The position numbers and the translations under genes are program-made. A DNA stretch of 64,000 nucleotides from Ignavibacteriales bacterium (GTDB taxonomy: Bacteria > Bacteroidota > Ignavibacteria > T3Sed10-11), in contig PWTU01000339.1 of NCBI GenBank assembly GCA_003562775.1, positions 15,494 through 79,493 on the forward strand. The letters are read 5' to 3'. Below the pieces are notes generated by a model that was not told the DNA's origin, searched no databases, and was given only the letters and a program-made list of their open reading frames with translations. This document shows, piece after piece, positions 20,615 through 30,256 of this stretch (position 1 is the first letter of the stretch; every line of letters begins with the position of its first letter).

Positions 20615-21373
20615 TTATGTTAATTTAACCAGAGATCGTAATCCCGATACTTCTTTTTTTGTCAGATGTCTCCACTCACCGCGTTTCAATCCTTCACAGG
20701 TGAGGTGAGCATACGCAACTCTGTCAAGTGCGACAACATCATAATGAAGCGCTTCGAACATTTTCCGGATTTGCCGGTTCCGGCCTTCGTGCAGCACGAC
20801 GCCGACTTCGGTTCGTCTTGACTTTTCTATGTACGATATCTCTTCTACTTTCGCCGGCCTTCGATCGATTTTGATTCCACGGAGCAGTTTCATTCTATCT
20901 TTCTCTTCGAGCGCTTTATCGAGGCGTACATAATACGCTTTTTCAACTTCAAAGCGAGGATGCATTAATCTGTGTGCAAGTTCTCCGTCGTTGGTAAGTA
21001 TTAGTGCACCGGTAGAGTTGCGATCCAGCCGTCCGACGGGATAAAATCTTCCGCGAAGAGGCAATAAATCCATTACCGTCCGGCGTCCCCGTTCATCTTT
21101 CACCGTTGTTATGGTATCCTTGGGCTTGTTTAATATAACGTATGTGTATTTATCGGGGAGTTGAACAACTTCCCCATCAACGGCTATTTTATCTTTTTGA
21201 GGATCAACGCGTGTCCCAAGTTCGGTAACCGCTTTACCGTTTATTTGTACACGTCCCTGAACAATCAATTCATCGGCAGCCCGCCGCGATGCAACCCCAC
21301 AATGTGATAAAAATTTATTTAACCGAAAATCTTCTTTACTATCTTTGCTACTTTGTTTTTCCAATGTCTCCAT
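20615..21373 (-). CDS. rluB: Pseudouridine synthase, RsuA/RluB family, with S4 domain
   Basis: [31 protein letters not shown] (S4 domain) plus the catalytic [17 protein letters not shown]. Confidence 0.85.
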   Translation of the reverse strand: METLEKQSSKDSKEDFRLNKFLSHCGVASRRAADELIVQGRVQINGKAVTELGTRVDPQKDKIAVDGEVVQLPDKYTYVILNKPKDTITTVKDERGRRTVMDLLPLRGRFYPVGRLDRNSTGALILTNDGELAHRLMHPRFEVEKAYYVRLDKALEEKDRMKLLRGIKIDRRPAKVEEISYIEKSRRTEVGVVLHEGRNRQIRKMFEALHYDVVALDRVAYAHLTCEGLKRGEWRHLTKKEVSGLRSLVKLT

Positions 21374-22443
21374 CCTCGTCGGGATTTTTGCTCCGCTCGC
21401 GCAATATGCATTTCTTCGGGAGTCTCTTCCCGAACGGTTTCTTCATTATTATTCGATACTCCAACCGGTTCCTCAATCGATTCATCAATCGTACCGGTTT
21501 CCTCAACTTGATCAACCTGTTCTACCGGCTCTTCAGTAGGTTCCGGTTGATCAGACTCAGCAATCTGTTTTTCAACTTTATGTTCTTGCGTTTCATCCGT
21601 TTCTTTTTCAGCCGGTGCTTGTTCGTGACGATTCTGCTCTTCGACTTCTTCAGTTACCTGTGTCGTTTCGATTTCGGGTTCATCTTTAACTTCAGGTTCT
21701 TTCTTTCTCACCGGTCGATAATCCGGTTTGAGCGGAATGATTTTTGCCGTTGCACCCTCCGAAAGCGGATGCGGTTTACGCTCCCGTTTCTGTGTTTCTT
21801 TTTCATCTTCTTCCTGCCTTTGTTTTTCCAAATCCATCAGGCGTTTTTCCACCTCGAGTTCGGTTTCACCGATTAATTCATCGATCTCGCGGGGTTTTGG
21901 AAGTTCATTGATGGAATTCAAGCCAAAGTGCATTAAGAAACGATTTGTAGTTCCGTACAGCAGCGGACGGCCGACCGTCGGCTCTCTTCCCACAATCGTT
22001 ATAAGATCCTTCTCGAGAAGCGATTTTATTATATAATCCGAATTAACGCCCCGGATAGTTTCCAGGATTACCTTAGTTATCGGTTGTTTATAGGCGATAA
22101 TCGCCAGTGTTTCAAGGGCGGCTTGAGAAAGCCGCTTTTTCGATTGTTCCTTGTGCAGTTTCCCGACATACAATGAAACTTCCCGATTGGTGGCAAATAT
22201 GTATCCGCCTGCTATCGCCTGTATGCGGTACGGTCTCGATTGCCGGTCGTAATCGTTATTGAGTTCATCGATCAGTGATTGAATTTTTTGCGGCGTCAAG
22301 CCGGAGGAGTTCGGCGAACCATTCGTCGATTCACCTTCGACTAATTCACGAATTTGCTTATGGGTAAGCGGCTCATCGGCTGCAAAAATCAATCCTTCGA
22401 CAATATGTTTCAATTTTGTATTTGTTTGATTATCCATACTCAC
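21319..22443 (-). CDS. scpB: Segregation and condensation protein B with a long acidic C-terminal extension
   Basis: The N-terminal ~190 aa are ScpB-like (IVEGLIFAADEPL..., AALETLAIIAYKQPITK). About 170 extra Glu/Pro/Lys-rich residues follow, ending in a basic segment [20 protein letters not shown]. Confidence 0.85.
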   Translation of the reverse strand: MSMDNQTNTKLKHIVEGLIFAADEPLTHKQIRELVEGESTNGSPNSSGLTPQKIQSLIDELNNDYDRQSRPYRIQAIAGGYIFATNREVSLYVGKLHKEQSKKRLSQAALETLAIIAYKQPITKVILETIRGVNSDYIIKSLLEKDLITIVGREPTVGRPLLYGTTNRFLMHFGLNSINELPKPREIDELIGETELEVEKRLMDLEKQRQEEDEKETQKRERKPHPLSEGATAKIIPLKPDYRPVRKKEPEVKDEPEIETTQVTEEVEEQNRHEQAPAEKETDETQEHKVEKQIAESDQPEPTEEPVEQVDQVEETGTIDESIEEPVGVSNNNEETVREETPEEMHIARAEQKSRRGWRHWKNKVAKIVKKIFG

Positions 22444-22448
22444 AATTT

Positions 22449-23189
22449 CTACGACGCCTTTTTTAGAATAATAAAATCTTCGTAAGGGATCTTTTGTTCA
22501 AAGGAAATCCGGTTTGACCGCGCCATTTCGAGCAGCGCAATAAAGGTTACGACAACTTCAATCCGCCGCATATTTGATATAAGCCGGTAGAAATCAAGCT
22601 TGCCTTCTTTTTCCAATTTTTTATAAATTAACTTCATTTGCTCTTCTACCGTAACCGGAACTTTCTCAATGTGGTGATGTTTGATCCGGGGCATCTTGTC
22701 GATTGCCCGTTTAAACGAAGCAATTAAATCAAAAAGCGTAACGTTTTTCAGTATATCTTCGTCTTCATCTTCCTCAAATTCGCGATCGTCGTATTTAAAG
22801 TTCGCGCGGTTGAACAATTTCGTCTGACGCGCTTCCAATCGAGCGAGTTTGAATGACATTTCCTTATAACGTTTATACTCGAGCAGCCGCCGTACAAGAT
22901 CGGCGCGGGGATCTTCTTCTTCATCCCCGGCGTTTTCATCTTTCGGCAAAAGCATCCGCGCCTTAATCTGCATCAGCGTTGATGCCATGACAATGAAATC
23001 ACCCGCGGTATCCAGATCAAGCATCCGCATAATCTGTATGTACTCTAAGAATTCTTTTGTTATTCGTGCAATAGGGATATCATAGACATCGAGCTCATCC
23101 CGTTTCACAAAAAACAAAAGAAGGTCGAACGGACCTTCAAAATCTTGGAGTTTTATTTTGTACATAACGGTAGTATGTAAATTTGTCAA
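22449..23189 (-). CDS. scpA: Segregation and condensation protein A (kleisin)
   Basis: FEGPFDLLLFFVKRDELDVYDIPIARIT is the canonical ScpA N-terminus. It lies directly upstream of scpB. Confidence 0.9.
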   Translation of the reverse strand: MTNLHTTVMYKIKLQDFEGPFDLLLFFVKRDELDVYDIPIARITKEFLEYIQIMRMLDLDTAGDFIVMASTLMQIKARMLLPKDENAGDEEEDPRADLVRRLLEYKRYKEMSFKLARLEARQTKLFNRANFKYDDREFEEDEDEDILKNVTLFDLIASFKRAIDKMPRIKHHHIEKVPVTVEEQMKLIYKKLEKEGKLDFYRLISNMRRIEVVVTFIALLEMARSNRISFEQKIPYEDFIILKKAS

Positions 23190-23192
23190 AAA

Positions 23193-23447
23193 TTAGACGC
23201 TTGATGGGGTTATCTCTTTCATTTCCACCTCGATAGTATCAGCGCTGAACCCCTGATCACGGGGCCAAACTATACCCCCGAACGCCGGTCTTACTAATTT
23301 AAAGTAGTTCATATCCTTCAGCTCTTCAAATATTCCCTTATCTAAATAGGGAGAGACATCAAATTCACCCTTCTTTCCATTGGAAAGTGTGACATACAAA
23401 ATGTAGTTTTCTCTGGGTTCTACAGATACTACCTTAACCATAAGCAC
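23193..23447 (-). CDS. DUF2442-family small protein
   Basis: 84 aa. VVSVEPRENYILYVTLSNGKKGEFDVSPYL matches the DUF2442 pattern. Confidence 0.65.
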   Translation of the reverse strand: MLMVKVVSVEPRENYILYVTLSNGKKGEFDVSPYLDKGIFEELKDMNYFKLVRPAFGGIVWPRDQGFSADTIEVEMKEITPSSV

Positions 23448-23448
23448 C

Positions 23449-23718
23449 TCACTTTAGTGGTTCAATTTTAAACAATGGCTGTCCTTCTAATGCAAGATTC
23501 CAGTTAGCCGTCAATTCTTCTTTGTGTATTTCTACCCACGCTTGCACCAATTTCATCTTATTTTTTGGAAGTTCCCCGCCAAGAACCTCACCACTACTTA
23601 TTTCAATTACAGCAGATTGTTCACCGTAATGTGCGTGTATGTGTGGTAGATGATGCTTTTTATCATCAAAATGAAACATATAAATAATGATACCATAAAA
23701 CATTGATAATGTGGGCAT
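23449..23718 (-). CDS. DUF4160-family small protein
   Basis: MPTLSMFYGIIIYMFHFDDKKHHLPHIHAHYGE is the DUF4160 signature. One nt separates it from the DUF2442 gene. I prefer the start at the third codon of the track ORF. Confidence 0.65.
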   Translation of the reverse strand: MPTLSMFYGIIIYMFHFDDKKHHLPHIHAHYGEQSAVIEISSGEVLGGELPKNKMKLVQAWVEIHKEELTANWNLALEGQPLFKIEPLK

Positions 23719-23761
23719 AGACACATTTCAATAGTTATTCAACAATGTTTTGAAAAAATCA

Positions 23762-24781
23762 TCAATCACCCACAATTCCCATATTCATCGCTTTACGAAC
23801 ATCCTGCATTGTTTCCTGCGCTTTCGCCCGCGCTTTCCTTTCACCTTCGTGAAGTATATCCTTTACTTCGGTTATATTCTCTTCATAATATAATCGTCTT
23901 TCACGCAGTGGTGTAAGCGTTTCAATGACTTTATCCGCACACCGGGTTTTACACTCGACGCATCCAAGCGATCCCGATTCGCATCCCGATCTCACCTCCG
24001 GAACTTCTTCGAGATTGAACTTATTATGATACGTAAAGACAAGACAAATATCCGGTCTCCCCGGATCGTTTCTCCGGATTTTTTGCGGATCGGTAACGGC
24101 GGTGCGCATTTTCTTTTTTATCTCTTCAGGTGAATCGGCGAGCAATATGGTATTGCCGACCGACTTACTCATCCGCTTCCCATCCAATCCCGGCAATCTT
24201 GCAAATTCAGTGAGCCGTCCTTCGGGTTCAGGGAATACTTCATCGTATTGAGCATTAAATTTGCGTGCAAGCTCTCTGGTAATTTCAATATGCGGCATTT
24301 GATCTTCACCAACCGGAACAACTTCTCCCCGGTACAGTAAAATGTCAGCCGCCTGCAATACCGGATACCCAAGATGTCCGTATGCAATGGTCTCGAGCCG
24401 CAGATCGCGCACCTGTTCCTTTAACGTCGGATTTCTCTCCAGCCGCGCCGTGGTAATTAACATAGAGAATATTAAATGCAATTCAGCATGCTCTTTTACC
24501 TGTGATTGTCTGAACATCGGACTTACTCCGGGATCGATACCGGCCGCGAGCCAATCTATAACCATATCAATCGTGTATCCGGTTATCTTCGACGAATCCG
24601 GATTGGTCGTTAATGCATGATAATCGGCAACGAGATGATAATTCTGAAATTCCGTTTGTAGTTGTACCCAATTTTCAAGAGCACCGACAAGGTGTCCGAG
24701 ATGAAGTTTTCCGGTGGGGCGCATACCGGATAAGATTATTCGCTTCTGGTGCGTCGCTTGATTCGTCATAATATCCTGCAA
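23762..24781 (-). CDS. trpS: Tryptophanyl-tRNA synthetase
   Basis: SGMRPTGKLHLGHLVGAL (HIGH region) and KMSKS (KRMSKSVGN). Confidence 0.95.
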   Translation of the reverse strand: MQDIMTNQATHQKRIILSGMRPTGKLHLGHLVGALENWVQLQTEFQNYHLVADYHALTTNPDSSKITGYTIDMVIDWLAAGIDPGVSPMFRQSQVKEHAELHLIFSMLITTARLERNPTLKEQVRDLRLETIAYGHLGYPVLQAADILLYRGEVVPVGEDQMPHIEITRELARKFNAQYDEVFPEPEGRLTEFARLPGLDGKRMSKSVGNTILLADSPEEIKKKMRTAVTDPQKIRRNDPGRPDICLVFTYHNKFNLEEVPEVRSGCESGSLGCVECKTRCADKVIETLTPLRERRLYYEENITEVKDILHEGERKARAKAQETMQDVRKAMNMGIVGD

Positions 24782-24811
24782 TATTGAGAAATACTTTGTT
24801 CGGCATCGTCA

Positions 24812-25300
24812 TTACATATAGAGATACGGTTTCCATCTTTCATCCACTTTCCCGACGAAATGCCGAATAAATGTCACGTGATTCGGACGTACCGGTTTCT
24901 TTTGTAACTGCATATTTGCTTCCTCCGGAGTCCTGTCACCTTTCTTATTGTTACATCTAACACAAGCAGTAACAAGATTTTCCCACGTATCATCTCCGCC
25001 ACGCGCCTTCGGAACGACGTGATCCACCGTTAACGGTACGTGCGATCTACCACAATACTGACACGCGTTTCCGTCTCTCCGAATGATATTTTTTCGTGAG
25101 AGGATGATCTTTTTGATCGGAACGCGTACATACAGCGACAATCGTACAATGCTCGGAAAAGGCATTGACGACGAAACCGAGCGAACGACTTTTGAATCAT
25201 GTGCTTCAATGAGTTCAGCTTTACCCAGAAAAAGCAAAATAATTGCTTTCTTCGCCGTGCAGATGCTCATCGGTTGATAATCATGATTGAGAATGAGCAC
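24812..25300 (-). CDS. Small HNH endonuclease-domain protein
   Basis: CQYCGR...LTVDHVVPKARGGDDTWENLVTACVRCNNKK is a complete HNH/CCCC-finger motif. GTG start read in the DNA. Confidence 0.85.
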   Translation of the reverse strand: MLILNHDYQPMSICTAKKAIILLFLGKAELIEAHDSKVVRSVSSSMPFPSIVRLSLYVRVPIKKIILSRKNIIRRDGNACQYCGRSHVPLTVDHVVPKARGGDDTWENLVTACVRCNNKKGDRTPEEANMQLQKKPVRPNHVTFIRHFVGKVDERWKPYLYM

Positions 25301-25470
25301 CTTTGCGTTTAACTTCCCGTTTACCCTATGTTTGCCATCTGGATTGTTGAAGACAAATCTCCTCCACTTAAGTGAAAAACCGACTCCTGTTTACTTGATA
25401 AAGATAAAATTCGCTTAAATATAGAAATATAGCATAAATTGGCGGTTTTGTCAATAAAAATCCAAATTCA

Positions 25471-26649
25471 TCAAGAATTTTTATATCTCTCCCGTATCTC
25501 TTCAATCGAATCACCTCCATATTTTTCAACAAAGGCATTCGCAATTACCGGGGCAATAACCGCCTCACCTATCACCGAACAGGCGGGTACTGCACAAAAA
25601 TCCGACCGCTCGCGTCGGGCATCGACTGCCTTACCCGTTTGAAGATCCACAGTGTGAAGCGGTTTCATTAGCGTAGCAATAGGTTTCATGAATCCACGCA
25701 TCACAAGATTCTCACCAACAGTTATCCCCCCTTCAATCCCGCCTGATCTGTTGGTCTTTCTTCTTACCGAACCACCCTCACCGGGATACATTTGATCATG
25801 GACTTCCGAACCCGGTTTCCCGGCATTCCCGAACCCTTCCCCTATTTCGACAGCCTTCACCGCCGGTATCGACATTATCGCCTGTGACAACTGGGCTTCT
25901 ATTTTCCGGTCATAATGGACATGACTTCCAAGACCTGACGGCACACCTGTCACCAGTACCTCGAATACTCCACCGAGCGTATCGCCGGCTTTTTTTACTT
26001 CCTTTATAGCATCGATTGCCCGTTCACTCACATCGGGCGACAGAATCCGAACCTCCGATTTATCCGCTTCCTCCGTCACTTTATATGCACCGCAGCTTGC
26101 ATGTGTCCACTCACCGATTTTTCCATCGATATCATCCCGCGATTCGTACGATGCCGGGCCTATACGAATAACATGGCTGCCGATGAAAACCCCAACATCT
26201 TCAAGAAACTTGCGGGCGATCGTACACAATGCTACACGCATCGCTGTTTCACGGGCGCTTGCCCTTTCGATTGCATTCCTGACATCGTCATACCGGTATT
26301 TTGTTGTCGCACTATAGTCTGCATGTCCGGGCCGTACAACACCGATATAATCAACATCGACGGGACGTTCACCTTCGACCGCCATTATTTCGAGCCAATT
26401 TTTCCAATCGCGGTTTTCTATAATAAGAGCTATGGGGCTGCCAAGGGTCTTCCCATACCGTACACCGGACAGAATCCTCACCTGATCGTTCTCGATCTTC
26501 ATCCTTCCTCCCCGTCCGTATCCTTGCTGACGTCGTTTGAGTTGATGATCGATATAGGATGCCTCAATTTCAAGTCCGGCAGGCATTCCTTCCAGAATGC
26601 CTGCAAGCGCTTGTCCGTGCGATTCCCCGGCAGTGAGATAGCGTATCAC
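25471..26649 (-). CDS. aroC: Chorismate synthase
   Basis: MIRYLTAGESHGQAL...GGRSSARETA-like segment. Full length, 392 aa. Confidence 0.95.
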   Translation of the reverse strand: MIRYLTAGESHGQALAGILEGMPAGLEIEASYIDHQLKRRQQGYGRGGRMKIENDQVRILSGVRYGKTLGSPIALIIENRDWKNWLEIMAVEGERPVDVDYIGVVRPGHADYSATTKYRYDDVRNAIERASARETAMRVALCTIARKFLEDVGVFIGSHVIRIGPASYESRDDIDGKIGEWTHASCGAYKVTEEADKSEVRILSPDVSERAIDAIKEVKKAGDTLGGVFEVLVTGVPSGLGSHVHYDRKIEAQLSQAIMSIPAVKAVEIGEGFGNAGKPGSEVHDQMYPGEGGSVRRKTNRSGGIEGGITVGENLVMRGFMKPIATLMKPLHTVDLQTGKAVDARRERSDFCAVPACSVIGEAVIAPVIANAFVEKYGGDSIEEIRERYKNS

Positions 26650-26665
26650 GAAAACTCCTTACATA

Positions 26666-26704
26666 TAAAAACGTCCCGCCCGGAAGTCCTTCAATGGGCG
26701 AGAC
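26666..26704 (-). terminator. Possible terminator after htrA
   Basis: 9-bp stem with one mismatch (GTCCCGCCC 26673..26681 / GGGCGAGAC 26696..26704). A U-rich run follows on the minus transcript. Confidence 0.35.
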
Positions 26705-26787
26705 GAATTGTTTGATTAAGTGTCAATTTTTTTATTTTAGTTTTTTAATAAAATCTTCTGTTGCCTTCAACGCTTCTTTGCTCATAA

Positions 26788-28341
26788 TTAACTCGGTTCT
26801 GTCGGAATACTTAGTGCAACAAACCGGAAATTCCCGTCGGGTCCTTTCACGCGAATCATAAGCGCATCGCCCGCTTTTTTCCCGTCGATAATCGATTTGA
26901 ACTCCGATATATCCTTCACCGGTTTACGATCTACTTCGACAATGATATCGCCGGGAACGATGTTTCGTTCGTGGGCGACGCTAAAGCGTTCAACATTATC
27001 AACAAGCACACCAGATTGCACGTCCCGCTGTTCCCGTGTGTCGCGGTCGAGCGGACGCAGCGTTAATCCCAGATTTTCCATATCCACGGTTTCGGGTTCA
27101 ACCGGTTCCGGGGTCCGGCTTTCGCGTGTTGATCGTTCTTCCGCGATCTGCGCATCCTCTCCAAGCGTTTGAAGCGTAACATTAATATCCTGTTCTCTGC
27201 CGTTTCTCAAAATTTTAATTACCACCTCGGTATCCGGTCGCCGCCGGGCGATTTCCATCTGAAGTTCGTTCGGCTGATTTACTTCTTTACCGTCAACCTT
27301 TAAAATAACGTCACCCGCCTGTAAACCGGCCCGCTCAGCCGGACTACCGTCTAATATTTCCTGCACCAATACACCCGCGACTTTATCCATTCCTAAAGCC
27401 CTTGCGGTTGTTTCATCTATCATATCAATCTGTACACCGAGATGTGCTCTCCGGACATGTCCATGATGGATTATATCTTCGACAACAACCCTGGCAAGAT
27501 TGACAGGGATAGCAAATCCATATCCCTGAAACCGGGCAGTTGTTGTAGCAATGGCAATATTAATTCCGATAACTTCGCCGCGCAGATTCACCAGAGGACC
27601 TCCGCTGTTTCCCGGGTTAATAGCAGCGTCTGTTTGAATAAAGTTTTCAATGCCATATTGACGATCGATAACCCGCAACCCACCGCGTCCGAGTGCGCTG
27701 ACAATTCCGTGCGTTACTGTCGAAGTAAGTTGCAGCGGATTGCCGACAGCCAGAACCCATTCACCGACACGTAATTCATCCGAGTTGCCGAAATCTGCTG
27801 CCGGTAGATTTTCCGCATCGATTTTTATAACGGCAAGATCGGTGTTTTCATCAGTGCCGACAAGCTTCGCAGTATACTCCCGTCTGTCGTTGAGAGTAAC
27901 CTTAATACCATCTCTATCGGCACCTGCAACGACGTGATTATTTGTAATAATATACCCGTCTGACGTGGCGATAACACCCGATCCGGAACCCTGCCGCGGC
28001 CGGCGTCTTGATTCGTTTTCCGGCGGTTCAAAATCGGGACCGAAAAAGCGATGAAACTCTTCAAACCATCTCGGCGTCCGTCCGGATTCCCGAGTAGCCG
28101 TCACGGTTATATTTACCACCGTAGGAACAGCCAGCTCAGCTGCGTAAATAAACGCTTCACTAAGCGCATGTGGATCAATATTTATATTCCGGTCGCCCCT
28201 ATCCTGAACACCGATAACGACGTTCGGATTTGTCAACGCATAACTCTGATCAAGCGAATTAAAACTGGAAACTAAGATGACGCCGAATACTATTCCCAGA
28301 CCTATCAATATCACTGCGGCTAACACCGACTTTGCATTCAT
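26788..28341 (-). CDS. HtrA/DegP-family periplasmic serine protease with two PDZ domains
   Basis: Trypsin-like core (TNNHVV, DLAVIK, GNSGGPLVN) followed by two PDZ segments. Confidence 0.9.
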   Translation of the reverse strand: MNAKSVLAAVILIGLGIVFGVILVSSFNSLDQSYALTNPNVVIGVQDRGDRNINIDPHALSEAFIYAAELAVPTVVNITVTATRESGRTPRWFEEFHRFFGPDFEPPENESRRRPRQGSGSGVIATSDGYIITNNHVVAGADRDGIKVTLNDRREYTAKLVGTDENTDLAVIKIDAENLPAADFGNSDELRVGEWVLAVGNPLQLTSTVTHGIVSALGRGGLRVIDRQYGIENFIQTDAAINPGNSGGPLVNLRGEVIGINIAIATTTARFQGYGFAIPVNLARVVVEDIIHHGHVRRAHLGVQIDMIDETTARALGMDKVAGVLVQEILDGSPAERAGLQAGDVILKVDGKEVNQPNELQMEIARRRPDTEVVIKILRNGREQDINVTLQTLGEDAQIAEERSTRESRTPEPVEPETVDMENLGLTLRPLDRDTREQRDVQSGVLVDNVERFSVAHERNIVPGDIIVEVDRKPVKDISEFKSIIDGKKAGDALMIRVKGPDGNFRFVALSIPTEPS

Positions 28342-28422
28342 ATAGCCCCTCCTTTTACCGAATGAAAATTAATTATAATGCCCATAAAATACTTCGTATA
28401 TTATAAAATATCAAATTCTTTG

Positions 28423-29202
28423 TTATTGATTTTGAATAGCGTCAAACATCTGTTTCGCACGCAGTTTACGCATTTCAGGTTGATGGTGTTCCAGATACAT
28501 AGTTATTATCCGATCAAGATCGCCCTGTACATCAGTGTTTAAATAAAGCTCCTTGATTTCTTTGACGTTTAAACGGCTCAATTGTTCCCATAGTGCTATC
28601 GCTCTTACATCGACGGGAAATTCGGCGTCCTGTAAAGGGAAGCATGATTCACATTGAAAGGATCCTCTCATGAACTCAAACAGTGCGCGCTTTGCCCCCT
28701 GCTGCAATAAATCCTGTACACTCTTATTACACGATGCGCATCCTTCAATTGAAGGTCGATAACCGAGCAATTCGATAACACGTACCTCAAAATAATAAAA
28801 CAGCAATACAACCGATTTAGTTGCATTTTCAATAGTCTCCAGTGTTTCTTTTAACAGATCGAATAATAACTCGTTTTGTTCGGTGTGACGGGTTACAACA
28901 TAAACAAGTTCGAGAATCGAGAGGGATAGAAACAACTTTTCAAAATCACATTGGATTTTCGGGAATGACGAGATAAGTTCTGCCTCGGTCAGCAACTGTA
29001 ACTCTCTGGTTTCTTTTATGTAAAGGACGGCATTTATATGCGCCAGCGGTTCGAGCGATGCTCCGAATTTATTTTTCGCACGGCGTGCACCTTTCACAAT
29101 CACGCTCAAAGCACCCTGTTCACGTGTAAATATCGTTAGAATCTTACTGCTCTCCTGGTAATCTAAAGAGCGAAGTACAATGGCGTCAACCTTTATTATC
29201 AT
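28423..29202 (-). CDS. recO: DNA repair protein RecO
   Basis: OB-fold N-terminus (AIVLRSLDYQESSKILTIFTRE) and a Cys-rich Zn module (CASC...CESC). Confidence 0.85.
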   Translation of the reverse strand: MIIKVDAIVLRSLDYQESSKILTIFTREQGALSVIVKGARRAKNKFGASLEPLAHINAVLYIKETRELQLLTEAELISSFPKIQCDFEKLFLSLSILELVYVVTRHTEQNELLFDLLKETLETIENATKSVVLLFYYFEVRVIELLGYRPSIEGCASCNKSVQDLLQQGAKRALFEFMRGSFQCESCFPLQDAEFPVDVRAIALWEQLSRLNVKEIKELYLNTDVQGDLDRIITMYLEHHQPEMRKLRAKQMFDAIQNQ

Positions 29203-30248
29203 ACCGGTTGATTAACCTTTCCGGGATCGGTCTGTTTTTTAAAATTATCTTTAAATGGCGGCGATACCACACCATGTTCGGTTATGAACGCGGTAATCAA
29301 ATGGTGAGGAGTAATATCGAATGCAGGAGAATAAACATCCACGTTATCGGGCGCTATCTGTACATCGAACGGATGAGTGACTTCTCCCGGATTCCGTTCT
29401 TCAATCGGAATTGCGCTGCCATCGGGACAATCCGGATCAATCGTACTTGTCGGGGCGGCAACATAAAAAGGGATGCTATGATAGTTCGCTAAAACTGCAA
29501 GACCATAGGTGCCGATTTTGTTTGCGGTATCGCCGTTCGCTGCAATCCTGTCGGCGCCGGTAATTATGAGATTTGCTTTCCCTTGCTTCATCACAAAAGC
29601 AGCGGTATTATCCGTGATAAGCGTTGCATTCACTCCTCTCGCCTCCAACTCAAACATCGTTAATCTCGCTCCTTGTAATAGCGGCCGTGTCTCGCCAGCA
29701 TACACATGCAACTTTTTCCCTTGCTCGATCGCAGTCACAATAACACTTTGCGCCGTACCGTAATCTCCCGTTGCGAGTGCGCCCGTGTTGCAATGCGTTA
29801 TCACTCCTCCCGAGTCCGGTAAAAGTTGTGCACCGTGTAAGCCGATTTGTTTACACATCTGAATGTCTTCCAGTCGAATGCGTTCCGCTTCGTGAAGCAT
29901 TGCCTCCGGAATACCGGATACCTTCTGGATGCTGCCCGCACGTTTCATCATCCGTTGAACGGCCCACCGGAGATTAACTGCTGTGGGACGGGCGGACTCG
30001 ATCTCCGATGCAATGCGATCAAGTTCATTCAAGAACGTACTACGGGACGACGATACAATCTTCTTTGAAGCAAAAGCGAGAGCAAATGCCGCAGCGATGC
30101 CGATGGCAGGGGCGCCGCGAACCGACAAACGTTTTATTGCCTCGACGATCACACGGTAATCACCGGTTTTAATATACTCAATCGTTTGCGGCAGCCTCGT
30201 CTGATCGAGGAGTTTAAATTCTTTTCCGTCCCACTCAATCGCACGCAT
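29199..30248 (-). CDS. mtnA: Methylthioribose-1-phosphate isomerase (eIF-2B alpha/beta/delta-like family)
   Basis: LLDQTRLP...SVRGAPAIGIAAAFAL...THCNTGALAT...GADRIAANGDTANKIGTY. 349 aa, which is MtnA-sized. Confidence 0.8.
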   Translation of the reverse strand: MRAIEWDGKEFKLLDQTRLPQTIEYIKTGDYRVIVEAIKRLSVRGAPAIGIAAAFALAFASKKIVSSSRSTFLNELDRIASEIESARPTAVNLRWAVQRMMKRAGSIQKVSGIPEAMLHEAERIRLEDIQMCKQIGLHGAQLLPDSGGVITHCNTGALATGDYGTAQSVIVTAIEQGKKLHVYAGETRPLLQGARLTMFELEARGVNATLITDNTAAFVMKQGKANLIITGADRIAANGDTANKIGTYGLAVLANYHSIPFYVAAPTSTIDPDCPDGSAIPIEERNPGEVTHPFDVQIAPDNVDVYSPAFDITPHHLITAFITEHGVVSPPFKDNFKKQTDPGKVNQPV

Positions 30249-30256
30249 AGAGTTTC

